Shown one piece after another: positions 27,245 through 37,724 of a stretch of 64,000 nt of DNA. Made by a program: the position numbers and the translations under genes. The first letter of the stretch is position 1; each line of letters begins with the position of its first letter. The notes under the pieces were generated by a model that worked only from the letters and a program-made list of their open reading frames with translations, had not been told where the DNA came from and did no database searches. The stretch comes from a virus (taxonomy: Duplodnaviria; Caudoviricetes), in IMG/VR virus record IMGVR_UViG_3300026549_000029, positions 192,001 to 256,000 of that record. The stretch is one strand, 5' to 3'.

Positions 27245-29956
27245 ATGCTGTTTCCAGAAATTATAAAATGTTTTGCTAATATATTAAAAAATCAACAAAG
27301 TGATAAAAATAATCATCTTATTCCAGTATTAAGAGATCTTGGTTATTATACAACTTTAGCTTTAATAAAATTATATTCAATGTATAATAATCCATATGTT
27401 GGGGATGATGAAGCTGATTATGATATGGTAAAATATACAATAGAGGAGTATGAAAAAAATCTATATATTTTTGAATATATATATAGATTAGACAATGATA
27501 CAAAGACTATATCTAAACCTGATTTTAAAAATATAGCAGTTGATATTATTGATAATGAATGGGAAGATTATACTAATGAAGATGTAAAACATTTTTCTGA
27601 TGTAGAGAGTGATAAAAAAGAATTATTTAATGATTTAAATTGTATGTTATATGCTTTTATAATCAGTACTAAATATTTTAATACAGAAAATCATACAGAT
27701 CTTCAGGTTATATTAGAAGAAACTAAAGATACTCTTGGTGAAATGAGATTTTTAATTGGATATAAAGGTAGTTTATATCATATATCTGATATTAAACTTA
27801 ATAAAAAGATTAAAACTCGTAGAAAGAGAATCTTTGCTATCATAACTGAATTAATTTCTGATATTATATTAGCACTAAAAGCTTTTGAATTAGCTATATT
27901 AGAAATTAGAAAGATAAATAAAGAATATGTTTTTTATTGTGATGATAATGACTTTTATAAAGTATTAAAATCATATACTGATAAATCATCTAGACAATAT
28001 AAATGGGTTATTGATACTAATAAAACTATTAATACAAGTAATTATAAAGAATTAGTAGAAGATTTAGTATCTGCTGAGCATTTAATAATAGAAGATTCAG
28101 CAATTATTGATAAAGATGGTATAGAAATACAAGATAATTGTATTGATGACTGCGTTGATGAAATTATAAAAAGATTTGAACAGATAGAATGTTTATATAA
28201 AGATAATTCTTTTAAATTATCTGTACCTTATAATATTAAAAATAATATAAAATCTATTGTAAGTTATCAATATGAAAAAGATAAGTATTATTTAATGAAT
28301 ATTGCAGCTGCTGAAATTTATGATGAAAAAACCAATAGTACAGTAAAATTTCCTATTGTAGTTTTAGTAGATGCAAATAATAATATTATAAATCAAGAAG
28401 ATATTCAAGATTACAATATTGCTAGTTGTTATGCTGAACTTATATCATGGTTAATGGAAGAATTAGAAAATGCTGGTATACCAGATGGAATTATTATAGC
28501 TGGATTTAATAGTTTTACAGAATCTTTGTTACAAAAATTTGAAAAAGAAAAGAAAGAAATAGCAGAGAAATTAAATATAAAAGGAAATGTAATTTTAATT
28601 GATAGAAATTCAGAAGGATCAATTGGAGATATATTAGAGCATATTTCATCTATGATTGATAATATAACTAATCCAGATAATTCTAATTTATCTTTTGATC
28701 CTTCTACATCAGATAGTAATAAGCATGTAATAAAGACTATAAAAGATAAGTCTAATAATGTAATTATATCTACTAAAACTCCTTTTGAAAATCCTATTCA
28801 ATATGGAGACTATATTAGAGATAAATTGTTACCTTACATAAAATCTATTAGAATTCAATTCTGCATGGATTCTAAAGAACTTAAAAATGTAGCGGAGTGC
28901 TTTAAAGAATTTTCTGTTATGGATGAATTGGAATATTATGATGAAAATAATATCTTTAGTGATATTGGATATGGTCAATTATTCCAGAATAATTCATTCA
29001 TAATGAATATTAATTATAAAGATATTTTATTAGATTCTCTTTATGTTTGGTATTCTGATTCTGATGATGAATACTTTATAGGTAGAATCTTTGATAAGAT
29101 CAATTATTCTGTTCCTAGAGTAAAAGAGTGGTTTAGACAAGGATGCAAGTATAATACTTCTGATGAATTAAATTTAAATCTTTGTTCTTTTGCTGGAATA
29201 GCTAATATTGATCTTACAGGATTAGTAAATTATGTTTTTGATGAAAAAGTAGATAAAAATTATTTCTTACATGCTACTACTATATTAGATAATTCAAATA
29301 AAAGATTTAAAAGTAGAAAATTATTTGAAATATCTTCTTATGTATGGCAAGTAATATGTAATATCTTTACAGAAGAATATATCAAAGATATTAATTATAG
29401 AGGAGAAGGTCAAGAAAGAAGAGAATTAAAATATCTCAAGTATAGTGATAATTATAATATATCACAGTTGCTTGATGATTTTGAAGAATTAATTAAAGAT
29501 GGTCATCTTGATTATTTTAAAATTTTAAGTCTTATTGAAATGGTAGAAATTAATTTTAATCAAGATGATAGAAAAATAAAAGATGTTGAAAAATTTGATT
29601 TTAGTCCTATTTCTGAACTTTTTTGTGCTAAATTTCCTAATGGTAATATACTTTGGTATAATAAAGCATTTGCATCTACAACTAAATCTGTAATGACTTA
29701 TTATAGGATAAAACCTGAAGCAAAATATCTTAATAAAAAATTTTATACAAATAATGAATATATTAATGAATTTAGTATAAAAGATTCTTCAACTAAAATG
29801 ATACCTGCTGAAGATAGCAAAGCTATAGGACAGATGTGTCAAGATGAACATCATCTCATGCTGATTAAGAATATTAAAGATTCTAATCAGTTTATGAAAG
29901 ACCTATTATCAGTTTTGAAATATTTTAAATATGAATTAGATAAATCCAGAGAATAA
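27245..29956 (+). CDS. Large hypothetical protein
   Basis: 903-aa ORF with SD AAGGAG; no motif recognised. Confidence 0.8.
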   Translation: MLFPEIIKCFANILKNQQSDKNNHLIPVLRDLGYYTTLALIKLYSMYNNPYVGDDEADYDMVKYTIEEYEKNLYIFEYIYRLDNDTKTISKPDFKNIAVDIIDNEWEDYTNEDVKHFSDVESDKKELFNDLNCMLYAFIISTKYFNTENHTDLQVILEETKDTLGEMRFLIGYKGSLYHISDIKLNKKIKTRRKRIFAIITELISDIILALKAFELAILEIRKINKEYVFYCDDNDFYKVLKSYTDKSSRQYKWVIDTNKTINTSNYKELVEDLVSAEHLIIEDSAIIDKDGIEIQDNCIDDCVDEIIKRFEQIECLYKDNSFKLSVPYNIKNNIKSIVSYQYEKDKYYLMNIAAAEIYDEKTNSTVKFPIVVLVDANNNIINQEDIQDYNIASCYAELISWLMEELENAGIPDGIIIAGFNSFTESLLQKFEKEKKEIAEKLNIKGNVILIDRNSEGSIGDILEHISSMIDNITNPDNSNLSFDPSTSDSNKHVIKTIKDKSNNVIISTKTPFENPIQYGDYIRDKLLPYIKSIRIQFCMDSKELKNVAECFKEFSVMDELEYYDENNIFSDIGYGQLFQNNSFIMNINYKDILLDSLYVWYSDSDDEYFIGRIFDKINYSVPRVKEWFRQGCKYNTSDELNLNLCSFAGIANIDLTGLVNYVFDEKVDKNYFLHATTILDNSNKRFKSRKLFEISSYVWQVICNIFTEEYIKDINYRGEGQERRELKYLKYSDNYNISQLLDDFEELIKDGHLDYFKILSLIEMVEINFNQDDRKIKDVEKFDFSPISELFCAKFPNGNILWYNKAFASTTKSVMTYYRIKPEAKYLNKKFYTNNEYINEFSIKDSSTKMIPAEDSKAIGQMCQDEHHLMLIKNIKDSNQFMKDLLSVLKYFKYELDKSRE

Positions 29957-29970
29957 TTCTCTGGATTTAT
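29940..29970 (+). terminator. Intrinsic terminator
   Basis: ATAAATCCAGAGAAT-a-ATTCTCTGGATTTAT followed by a T run. Confidence 0.8.
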
Positions 29971-30022
29971 TTTTTATTAATTTCTCTACATCTAAATATT
30001 ATTATATAAGGAGAGATAATAA

Positions 30023-30673
30023 ATGAATACTCTTTTTAGTGTTGTGTGTATGACACCCAATGGAAAATTTCTTATAGCAAAAGGAAATAATAAGTCTGTT
30101 CTTCCTGGACTTTGGACATGTGGTATATTTGAATCTAATCCCAATAAACTGATTGAAGATAGTATTAGAGATTATTATCTTGAAGAATTTAATGCTGATG
30201 TAAGTATTATTACTCAACCAGAAGGAGAGGTAAAAAGGGCATTACCACTTACTATTTTCTCTCTTAATTTTGGTACTATTGAAAAACCTGTAATTGCAAC
30301 CGGTATTTATTTTATGGCAATACTTAGAAATCCTTATCAGATTAAAGCTTTAGGAAGATATTATGATGAAATTATATTATGTGATCTTGTAGAATTAGCT
30401 ACTACAATTGCAAATAGAAATATTATTCCTGATTTATATTATAATTTAATTCAAGTACAAGAAAATTATAAAGATACATTTACTAAAGAAATACAACCTT
30501 TTAATAATCCTACAGATTCATTACTTATTGATGAATCGGAAGATAATAAAAAAGAAGAAAAAGAAAATATTGAAACAAAAGAAAATTCTTTAGATAAAGA
30601 AGAAACTGAAACTAAAGAAGTTGAAAATGGTTCCGTAGATGAAGAAACCTTAATAATTCAGAAATCTGAATAG
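30023..30673 (+). CDS. Nudix-fold protein with degenerate Nudix box
   Basis: GKFLIAKG...LPGLW..GIFE...IEDSIRDYYLEEF, followed by an acidic tail. Confidence 0.6.
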   Translation: MNTLFSVVCMTPNGKFLIAKGNNKSVLPGLWTCGIFESNPNKLIEDSIRDYYLEEFNADVSIITQPEGEVKRALPLTIFSLNFGTIEKPVIATGIYFMAILRNPYQIKALGRYYDEIILCDLVELATTIANRNIIPDLYYNLIQVQENYKDTFTKEIQPFNNPTDSLLIDESEDNKKEEKENIETKENSLDKEETETKEVENGSVDEETLIIQKSE

Positions 30674-30681
30674 GATAAATA

Positions 30682-30846
30682 ATGGATAGTAAAGATTGTA
30701 TTGTTATAATGGTATCATCAGGATTAAGTAGTATAATTATATCTATTATAGATCTTATAATATATAAAGAAAATTCAGTAAATCTTTTTATAGCTGGATT
30801 ATTTTTATTAGGAATTGGAATAATAGCTAATATTATATATGAATAA
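30682..30846 (+). CDS. 54-aa membrane protein (not in ORF track), paralog of the next gene
   Basis: MDSKDCIVIMVSSGLSSIIISIIDLIIYKENSVNLFIAGLFLLGIGIIANIIYE. Confidence 0.65.
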   Translation: MDSKDCIVIMVSSGLSSIIISIIDLIIYKENSVNLFIAGLFLLGIGIIANIIYE

Positions 30847-31111
30847 TAAGAAAATAGATAAGATATTTATTATTATAGAATTAATTGGTGGTACTATTAT
30901 TATTCTTTTTTCTATTTTAGATATTATAGCTTATAAAGAAAATGCTATAGGTTTTCTTGTAGCTGGACTTTGTACAATAGGAATCGGAATAATAGATAAT
31001 ATTAATAGAAAAAATAATATTTATGATTCAAGACTATCAAAATTATCTACATTATTTTCAGTATTAGTAATGAGTTTGATTTTAATAAATATATTAATTC
31101 TAATTAAATAG
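30839..31111 (+). CDS. Small three-TM membrane protein
   Basis: Three hydrophobic segments; shares the YKEN...AGL...GIGII motif with the upstream ORF. Confidence 0.7.
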   Translation: MNNKKIDKIFIIIELIGGTIIILFSILDIIAYKENAIGFLVAGLCTIGIGIIDNINRKNNIYDSRLSKLSTLFSVLVMSLILINILILIK

Positions 31112-31136
31112 AGAGAGTAGGAAATCCTACTCTCTC
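31111..31136. terminator. Bidirectional intrinsic terminator
   Basis: GAGAGAGTAGGA-aa-TCCTACTCTCTC between convergent genes. Confidence 0.8.
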
Positions 31137-31147
31137 CTATATTTTTT

Positions 31148-34100
31148 TTAAATTTTAGAATCATCATAAGGTATTCCAGCAATATCTTTAATAGATCTAT
31201 CAAGTTCTACCATAAGTTTAGATGTCGCAGCGAGTAAAGGTATACTAAATGTCATTCTACCACTTATCGAGCTTAAACTCATAAAAGTATCAACTGATTC
31301 ATTAGGTCTAAAATCGGTATATGGTTCATCTTCTTTAGAAATAATATATTTAATAATTCCTTTATTACTAGAATAATATGTAATCTTATCACCAACACCT
31401 AATTTATCAATATATTTAATATAGTATATAATTTTTACACCATCATATACATTTTTAGCTTTTCCTATATTATCCATCTTACCAATAACTGGTAATGTAG
31501 AAGTATCTAAATTATATTTATTATAAATTTTCTTAGTTCTTTTTATATTACGCTCATATCCTTCTACAAAGTTTCTAAGAGATTCAGATAATTCTTCTAA
31601 TTCTACAGTTCTATATACTTCTATTCCTGTTACTATTCCAGTATATTTTGTCTTTACAGGATTTCTACCAAGTTCAGAAATACCTTCGCCATTCATAGAT
31701 AGATTCTTAAGTAATGTAGTATAAACTTCATCATCAAAATCTGCTTGATAAGCAAATAAAGTATCTCCTTCCATTACTTTATCACCTAAAGTTTTATAGA
31801 CAATAATATTAGATCCTTTATCTACAACTTTTTCAATAGGCATAATAACTTCAGTAGACATCTTAGAAGCAAAAGTTTCAGTAACTGCAGCAGAATCTTC
31901 AAATCCTTCATCTGTGTTAATTATTGCTACTTTAGCTAAAGTACCAATAGCTCCAGCAAGATTACCAGATTCTCCTAAAGATTTAGAGAAGGATAATTTA
32001 TCGTAAGCTAATATAGATCCTGCTTTAAATTTATCTCCTAATTTTAAATCAGTAGATAATTTAACAGGAACAAAATATCCACCATCAGAATTCTTCTTAA
32101 TCTCTTCTTTAAGATTAATATATTCTGTAGTACCATCTTTATATTGGACAACCATATAGTTATCTCTAAATTCACCATGCTCAACTAATTCAATTACAGT
32201 GCCATCTTGAGCAGCTTTATAAGAGAATATATTAGATGTAAGATAAGGCAATGCTTCATCTGCACCTGTAGTAACTAACATAGGATCATTATTCAAGCAT
32301 CTAACCAAATGCTTAGATGTCTGAGCATATGTCATTAATGTTCTTTGGGGATCATCATGAGTAGATCCAAGAGGAGTCAATCCCTCTGTAATAGTTAATG
32401 TTTTTGCTACAGATAATTTGCTAGCATCACCATCTATAGTTTTAACTAATCCTCTCTCACTTTCAATATTAGCATCTATGGTGGCTTGTCTATTAATACC
32501 AACATTCCCAGAGAAAGGAGTATCCATACCAAGAACATTAAGCATTGATTCATCATAAGTACGAGTATTTACGGAATATGCTCTAGCTTGGTTCATTCCT
32601 ACTAATCCTTTATTAGTAACAGTATTAGTACATTCTACATCATTGATTACATTATTTGTAGAGTAATTAGTAGTACCAGGATCTACTGAAATAATAAGAT
32701 CAATAATAGCAGATTGTTTCATACTAATCTTAACAGATTTTCTATTACGTCTTAAAGAGTTAGCATATTCAAGATAAGAGTTAGTTAAAGCTTTATAAAA
32801 GTATCCAGCAATTAATTCTTTTCTTCTCCACCTTCTACCAGCCTGATCTGTATGTCTTACATACTTATTATCTGAAAGAAGATTATTAGCATGAAGTATT
32901 ACAGACACATAATCGGTAGGAAGTTTATAGAGAGCTAATATTTCTTTACTTATAGGATCAAGCATACAGTCATAAGAGTTTTCAATACCATCTGCTTTTA
33001 ATCCTCCACCATAATTTTCAAGGAATTCTAAATACATTCTTCTACTATTTACTTCTTTAATAGAATAAGACTCTGTATCGCATTCCTTAAAACCATTCAT
33101 AAGTAAAGAAGAAGAATAATTTACTTCATAAAGTAAATATCCATCTTTAAATTTGATATAATCATGTCTATCAGAATATCTATATCCTCTATCTAACTCT
33201 TGTACAAACTGATAAGCTACACCAGCTTTCTTAAGAGTAGAGATTAATCCCTCTAAATATCCACAAAGAATAATTACAGGAATTTTAGTATTTAAAATAC
33301 TAGCCTGAGAATATGTATACCTAGAACCAGCAGAGGGTAAACTAGAATAAATTTTTCTAAACTCTTCACACTCTCCGCAGAGTAATTCATTCATATATCC
33401 AATAACATTTGGATGAATACTCTTTATAGATCCAGAATAATAAATAATATATTCTGTGGCTTTCTTAGTTTTAGCATCATATTTCTTTTCTATTCCAATA
33501 GGAATTCCTTTAGAATTATCTATGACATATTCTGTTCTAAAAATATCCTGATTAAAATAGAATTTATATTTATTGGTCTCAATACTATCAATAACAGATG
33601 CTACATCAATATAGTCTATAGGTAATTCATACTTAGCACATACATTAGTATTATCACCAAGAGTTATATTAATTTGAGTAGAATTATTTCTTATTAATTT
33701 ATTTAAAGTTCTAATAAGCTTATTTGCAGCTGGCATAGACTGACCTTTTCTTCCACCAAATCTTCTTACAAATATCTTATTATAACCACCAACACCAATA
33801 ATCTGACATTCATCTAAATTAGTCTTAATAATAGGAATCAATACAGATTGAATAAAAACATTCTTTTCATTTCCTCTTAACTTAAGAAGATTAGATCCTT
33901 TAATAAACTTAGGTATATCTACTTTTAAAGTAAATTTTGTACCTTTAAAGTCGATACATTCTATAGTCCAGAGATCTACATAATCTTCTGAAGTAGAGTT
34001 ATCTTTTATGGAAATATTTTTAACAGCAATCGGGAAAGTCCAATGCTGCATTGAATCAAGCATCTTAATAATATCAGCATCTGGATCATAAGTTTTATCA

Positions 34101-36979
34101 AAGTTCATAAAAGTCATATTATTCCAGTCAGTATTAATAGATGCCACTTTAAGACTAGTAGATTGTAATTTAGTCTCAGCAGGATCATGTGCAAGCATCT
34201 CTTTGACTGATTTTCCTGCTACTTCTTTTTTATGAAATTCATCTTCAATTTGAATAATTTTAGATGCTCTAGCCTTATCTACTCTTACATTTTCTTCAGA
34301 GTCAGTCTGTAAAGATACAATAAGAGCTTTAAATTCTTCATCATTTAATTTATCAAGAGCATCATCAACTGATTTAGCATTATTTGCTACATTAGCAATC
34401 TTATCAAGAATAGCATCTTTCTTTTCATCTTCAGATGTAGTATTAACAGCTTTATCTTCAGAAGATGATTTAGTATCACTAGTTGCTTGAGTCTGTGTTA
34501 CAGTAACTTTTTCAACTTCTACAGGAACAGATGCTTTTCTTCCTCTAGTAGATTTAGTTCTATCTTTAACTTCAGTCTTACCTGTTATAGATATTTTAGT
34601 AAGATCAGTATCTTTTTCATCTTTCACTATTTCTTTTTTAATAGCTTGCTTAAGATTACTATCAGGATCTAAAGATGAACTAATATTATTAGGTTTATCA
34701 TCAAATAATTCAATAGACTTATTTAATCCTGCAAGTTTAGATACATTATCTATAGATACATTTTGTGATCTTTCAATTTTATCAACAATATCCATAGCAA
34801 TACCAGTTGGAGAATCTTCAAATTCACCTTCTGGATCAGGATCTGCAGGAGAATTATAACCAAGAGTAATAATTCTTTTAATAAGTATCATAAATTTAGT
34901 TATATTTTTAGGCTTACTAAAATCAGTAGAACTAAAGTTTACTTTAAAATAGTTTTTAGCTCCTAAAAATACGACATTATAATTAGCAAATAATCTCTTA
35001 AGAGACATCTGATCAAATTTCATATAATAATAAATTACAGAAATAGGATTGACATCTTCTTTATACATCCACATCTTAGTTGAACTATTATGTCTCCAAT
35101 CGAGAATAGGAATAAAAATAGTTTTCTTAGTATAAGCAGTTAATTCATTAGAAGAGATTAATCTATTCATTAATTCTGCATAGATCTTAAATTTTCTTAA
35201 TGAATTAGTCTTATCATCAATATTTACTTCATCAAAGTTTTTAAAGAAGGTTTCATTATAATAAGAAAGATCATAGAATAAATTTTTCTTATTATATCTA
35301 TAAATATCAGGATAGGTATATTTAATAAAAGGCATTGTGGCTTTTACATTCTTATAGATAGCCATAGCTTGTTTGACATTTCTAAGTCTATCTTTATATA
35401 ATGCTCGTCTAAGAAGCATATCATAATTAATATTATCTTCAAAGAGATACATTAAATTTCCTTCAAGAATATAATCTCCTTTAGACCAAGCTTTAAATTT
35501 CTCAAAAGTACCTTCTTCTATATTTTCAGGTTTAGACTCACCAGTAATATCGCCAGTCTGAAGTTGTTGAATAGTAGATAATCCAGTACCTCTTTCTTCT
35601 GTGCCAAGATTACCTCTAACAAGATCTCTTTTAATTTTATTTAATTTATATACAGATTGTCTTCTAATTCTTCTTTTAAGATTAGAAGCCATATTTTGAA
35701 TCTTTTTAATAGATTCAGGAATAGCTAATTCTTCTTCAGAAAGAGAAGCAAGTTTATTAGCCTCTTCTATATAATCATAGCAATCTTGTTCGATTCCAAA
35801 ATCAGATTCTCCAAGAGCTTTTCTAGCATTTTTTCTATATTTAGCAGAATATTCTTTAGCATATTTATAGAATAATCCTAAAGAATTTCCAATGAGAATT
35901 TTCTTAACTTCTGCCATTCCATATTCTTCTATAATATAGGCAAATACCTTTTCTGAATAGAATTTATCTTCATATTTAGGATTATCTAATTTTCCATCAG
36001 CAGCACCTGATAAGAGAATAGCAAGAGGCTCAGCAAATACATCTAATACTCTAGTTCCTACAACTACTTTAATTCTGTATATGGCATAAAGCTGGAATAT
36101 AAATTGAGTATAAATCTTATAATCAAAATCATATCCCTTCTTTTTAAAAGCGTTAGGAGTATAAAGAGTTAAAGTATCATAAGTAATTTCTTCTTCAGCA
36201 TTAGGATCACTAATTACTATAACTACAATCTTCTTAGGAGGATCTATATCCAATACTTCAAAAGGAGAAATACCATATTCTTTAGTAATATATTTAGATA
36301 CAGCATTTATATCTCTTCTATACCCAGAAAATACAATATTAGATGCAGAAGATAATTTCTTATTTAAAATATCAATACCTTTTGTTACTACAATTTCATT
36401 AAGATAATCATCATCTGAAGTTTCATAGATTTCTTCTTCAACTACAGATTCTTTTAAATTTTTAGCTAATCCAGATTTCTCCCAATAAGGAAGAAATCTA
36501 TTATTTTTTCCAACATGTACTTCATCAGCCATATTAAAAGCTTTAATCTTTTTAATAATATTTTTAGCTAATTCAGCTTCATATTCTTCTTCAACATGAT
36601 TAAAGAATCTAATAGCAGATAATACATGTGCTTTATCAGGCATAGGATATCTTCTTTGAGAAGGTAATCCAAAATCTGAATCAGGTAATGCTTTTCTATC
36701 TTTACTGGAAAGAGCTTCTTCAAATAAATACTCTCCAGGATCATCAGTTTCATATACAGATTCATTCTTAATATATCTAGTAATAGATCTTTCAAAATAA
36801 TAAGATTCAAAATATCTTCTATTAACAGCATAAGGAGCAGTCATGGCAAACATAGAAGATTTATAATTTGGGGTCAAAAGCATAATGGCAGATCCCTGTT
36901 TCTTATTTTTAGGATCTATAGGCAAAAAGAATGGTTTCTTATATAATACCAATTCTTTAAGATCATCTAATGATACCAT
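31148..36979 (-). CDS. Phage (probably virion) RNA polymerase beta-like subunit with ~900-aa N-terminal extension
   Basis: KVDIPKF..LRG..Q..IPIIKT, TPFSGNVGINR, RTLMTYAQTSKH, GFEDSA, VGDKITYYSSNKGII and SISGRM match RpoB conserved regions. Late-type promoter. Confidence 0.9.
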   Translation of the reverse strand: MVSLDDLKELVLYKKPFFLPIDPKNKKQGSAIMLLTPNYKSSMFAMTAPYAVNRRYFESYYFERSITRYIKNESVYETDDPGEYLFEEALSSKDRKALPDSDFGLPSQRRYPMPDKAHVLSAIRFFNHVEEEYEAELAKNIIKKIKAFNMADEVHVGKNNRFLPYWEKSGLAKNLKESVVEEEIYETSDDDYLNEIVVTKGIDILNKKLSSASNIVFSGYRRDINAVSKYITKEYGISPFEVLDIDPPKKIVVIVISDPNAEEEITYDTLTLYTPNAFKKKGYDFDYKIYTQFIFQLYAIYRIKVVVGTRVLDVFAEPLAILLSGAADGKLDNPKYEDKFYSEKVFAYIIEEYGMAEVKKILIGNSLGLFYKYAKEYSAKYRKNARKALGESDFGIEQDCYDYIEEANKLASLSEEELAIPESIKKIQNMASNLKRRIRRQSVYKLNKIKRDLVRGNLGTEERGTGLSTIQQLQTGDITGESKPENIEEGTFEKFKAWSKGDYILEGNLMYLFEDNINYDMLLRRALYKDRLRNVKQAMAIYKNVKATMPFIKYTYPDIYRYNKKNLFYDLSYYNETFFKNFDEVNIDDKTNSLRKFKIYAELMNRLISSNELTAYTKKTIFIPILDWRHNSSTKMWMYKEDVNPISVIYYYMKFDQMSLKRLFANYNVVFLGAKNYFKVNFSSTDFSKPKNITKFMILIKRIITLGYNSPADPDPEGEFEDSPTGIAMDIVDKIERSQNVSIDNVSKLAGLNKSIELFDDKPNNISSSLDPDSNLKQAIKKEIVKDEKDTDLTKISITGKTEVKDRTKSTRGRKASVPVEVEKVTVTQTQATSDTKSSSEDKAVNTTSEDEKKDAILDKIANVANNAKSVDDALDKLNDEEFKALIVSLQTDSEENVRVDKARASKIIQIEDEFHKKEVAGKSVKEMLAHDPAETKLQSTSLKVASINTDWNNMTFMNFDKTYDPDADIIKMLDSMQHWTFPIAVKNISIKDNSTSEDYVDLWTIECIDFKGTKFTLKVDIPKFIKGSNLLKLRGNEKNVFIQSVLIPIIKTNLDECQIIGVGGYNKIFVRRFGGRKGQSMPAANKLIRTLNKLIRNNSTQINITLGDNTNVCAKYELPIDYIDVASVIDSIETNKYKFYFNQDIFRTEYVIDNSKGIPIGIEKKYDAKTKKATEYIIYYSGSIKSIHPNVIGYMNELLCGECEEFRKIYSSLPSAGSRYTYSQASILNTKIPVIILCGYLEGLISTLKKAGVAYQFVQELDRGYRYSDRHDYIKFKDGYLLYEVNYSSSLLMNGFKECDTESYSIKEVNSRRMYLEFLENYGGGLKADGIENSYDCMLDPISKEILALYKLPTDYVSVILHANNLLSDNKYVRHTDQAGRRWRRKELIAGYFYKALTNSYLEYANSLRRNRKSVKISMKQSAIIDLIISVDPGTTNYSTNNVINDVECTNTVTNKGLVGMNQARAYSVNTRTYDESMLNVLGMDTPFSGNVGINRQATIDANIESERGLVKTIDGDASKLSVAKTLTITEGLTPLGSTHDDPQRTLMTYAQTSKHLVRCLNNDPMLVTTGADEALPYLTSNIFSYKAAQDGTVIELVEHGEFRDNYMVVQYKDGTTEYINLKEEIKKNSDGGYFVPVKLSTDLKLGDKFKAGSILAYDKLSFSKSLGESGNLAGAIGTLAKVAIINTDEGFEDSAAVTETFASKMSTEVIMPIEKVVDKGSNIIVYKTLGDKVMEGDTLFAYQADFDDEVYTTLLKNLSMNGEGISELGRNPVKTKYTGIVTGIEVYRTVELEELSESLRNFVEGYERNIKRTKKIYNKYNLDTSTLPVIGKMDNIGKAKNVYDGVKIIYYIKYIDKLGVGDKITYYSSNKGIIKYIISKEDEPYTDFRPNESVDTFMSLSSISGRMTFSIPLLAATSKLMVELDRSIKDIAGIPYDDSKI

Positions 36980-37006
36980 TAATTTTGCTTCCTCCTATAT
37001 ATAGAT

Positions 37007-37076
37007 TATAGAAAAGTTCACCCTACCACTATTAACTGATAAAAAATTATTTTTGAGCATATATTATAATAATGAA
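37007..37076. promoter_or_regulatory. Divergent late (-) / early (+) promoter pair
   Basis: AACTTTTCTATA (minus, 37007-37018) and TATATTATAATAATGAA (plus, 37060-37076). Confidence 0.75.
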
Positions 37077-37109
37077 GTATTAAATTAAATATAAAAGGAG
37101 AAAATAAAA

Positions 37110-37499
37110 ATGACAAATGAAATGGCTTTAAGAAATCTTAGTAATAATTTTGCTAAATTAGATCCTAAATTGCAGAAAGCTACAATCAATCATATATCAG
37201 CTATTGTAGCAGAGAATCTTAAATATAAAGAAGAAATTGAAAATATTGATAAGAAATATGATAAGACTATGTCTGCATTAAGTAATAGATGTTTTACTTT
37301 AACAGCTGGAGCTATGTGCCTTTTCTGTAGCATTGAATGTAAATATAGAAAAATTGCTTATAGAGATGAATCTATTGATCCTCTTAAATTAATGGATATT
37401 AAACCTTCTGAAGTAGATGAAGCTTTAAAGAATGGATCTCTTTTGAAAGATAATTATAAATCTTCTTCTACATATACTGTCAATACTGAAGAAAATTAA
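37110..37499 (+). CDS. Hypothetical protein with Cys cluster
   Basis: RCF...MCLFCSIEC; SD AAGGAG. Confidence 0.75.
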   Translation: MTNEMALRNLSNNFAKLDPKLQKATINHISAIVAENLKYKEEIENIDKKYDKTMSALSNRCFTLTAGAMCLFCSIECKYRKIAYRDESIDPLKLMDIKPSEVDEALKNGSLLKDNYKSSSTYTVNTEEN

Positions 37500-37550
37500 A
37501 TTTTAATGTTTCTCAAACTATTGATTAGTATGGTCTGAGGAGAATTAGTA

Positions 37551-37724
37551 ATGAATAAAGAAAATTTTTATAAAATTTTATGTCATACTACGCCAGAAGA
37601 ATTAAATGAGTTTATTTCTTTACGTGGAAAAAAGAAAATGGTGAATGCTATAACATTCATTGATGATAATGAGACTGATAAAGAAGGAGAAAATAATAAT
37701 GGAGAAAGTAAGAGAAGTAATTGA
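37551..37724 (+). CDS. 57-aa hypothetical protein (not in ORF track)
   Basis: MNKENFYKILCHTTPEELNEFISLRGKKK...; SD GAGGAG; AACT-N6-TA at 37516-37527. Confidence 0.65.
   Translation: MNKENFYKILCHTTPEELNEFISLRGKKKMVNAITFIDDNETDKEGENNNGESKRSN

Noticed and set aside
31148-36979. Group I intron or intein in the RNAP gene, as in AR9
   Set aside because: The frame is uninterrupted, and no intein ends (C...HN) or LAGLIDADG motifs were seen.
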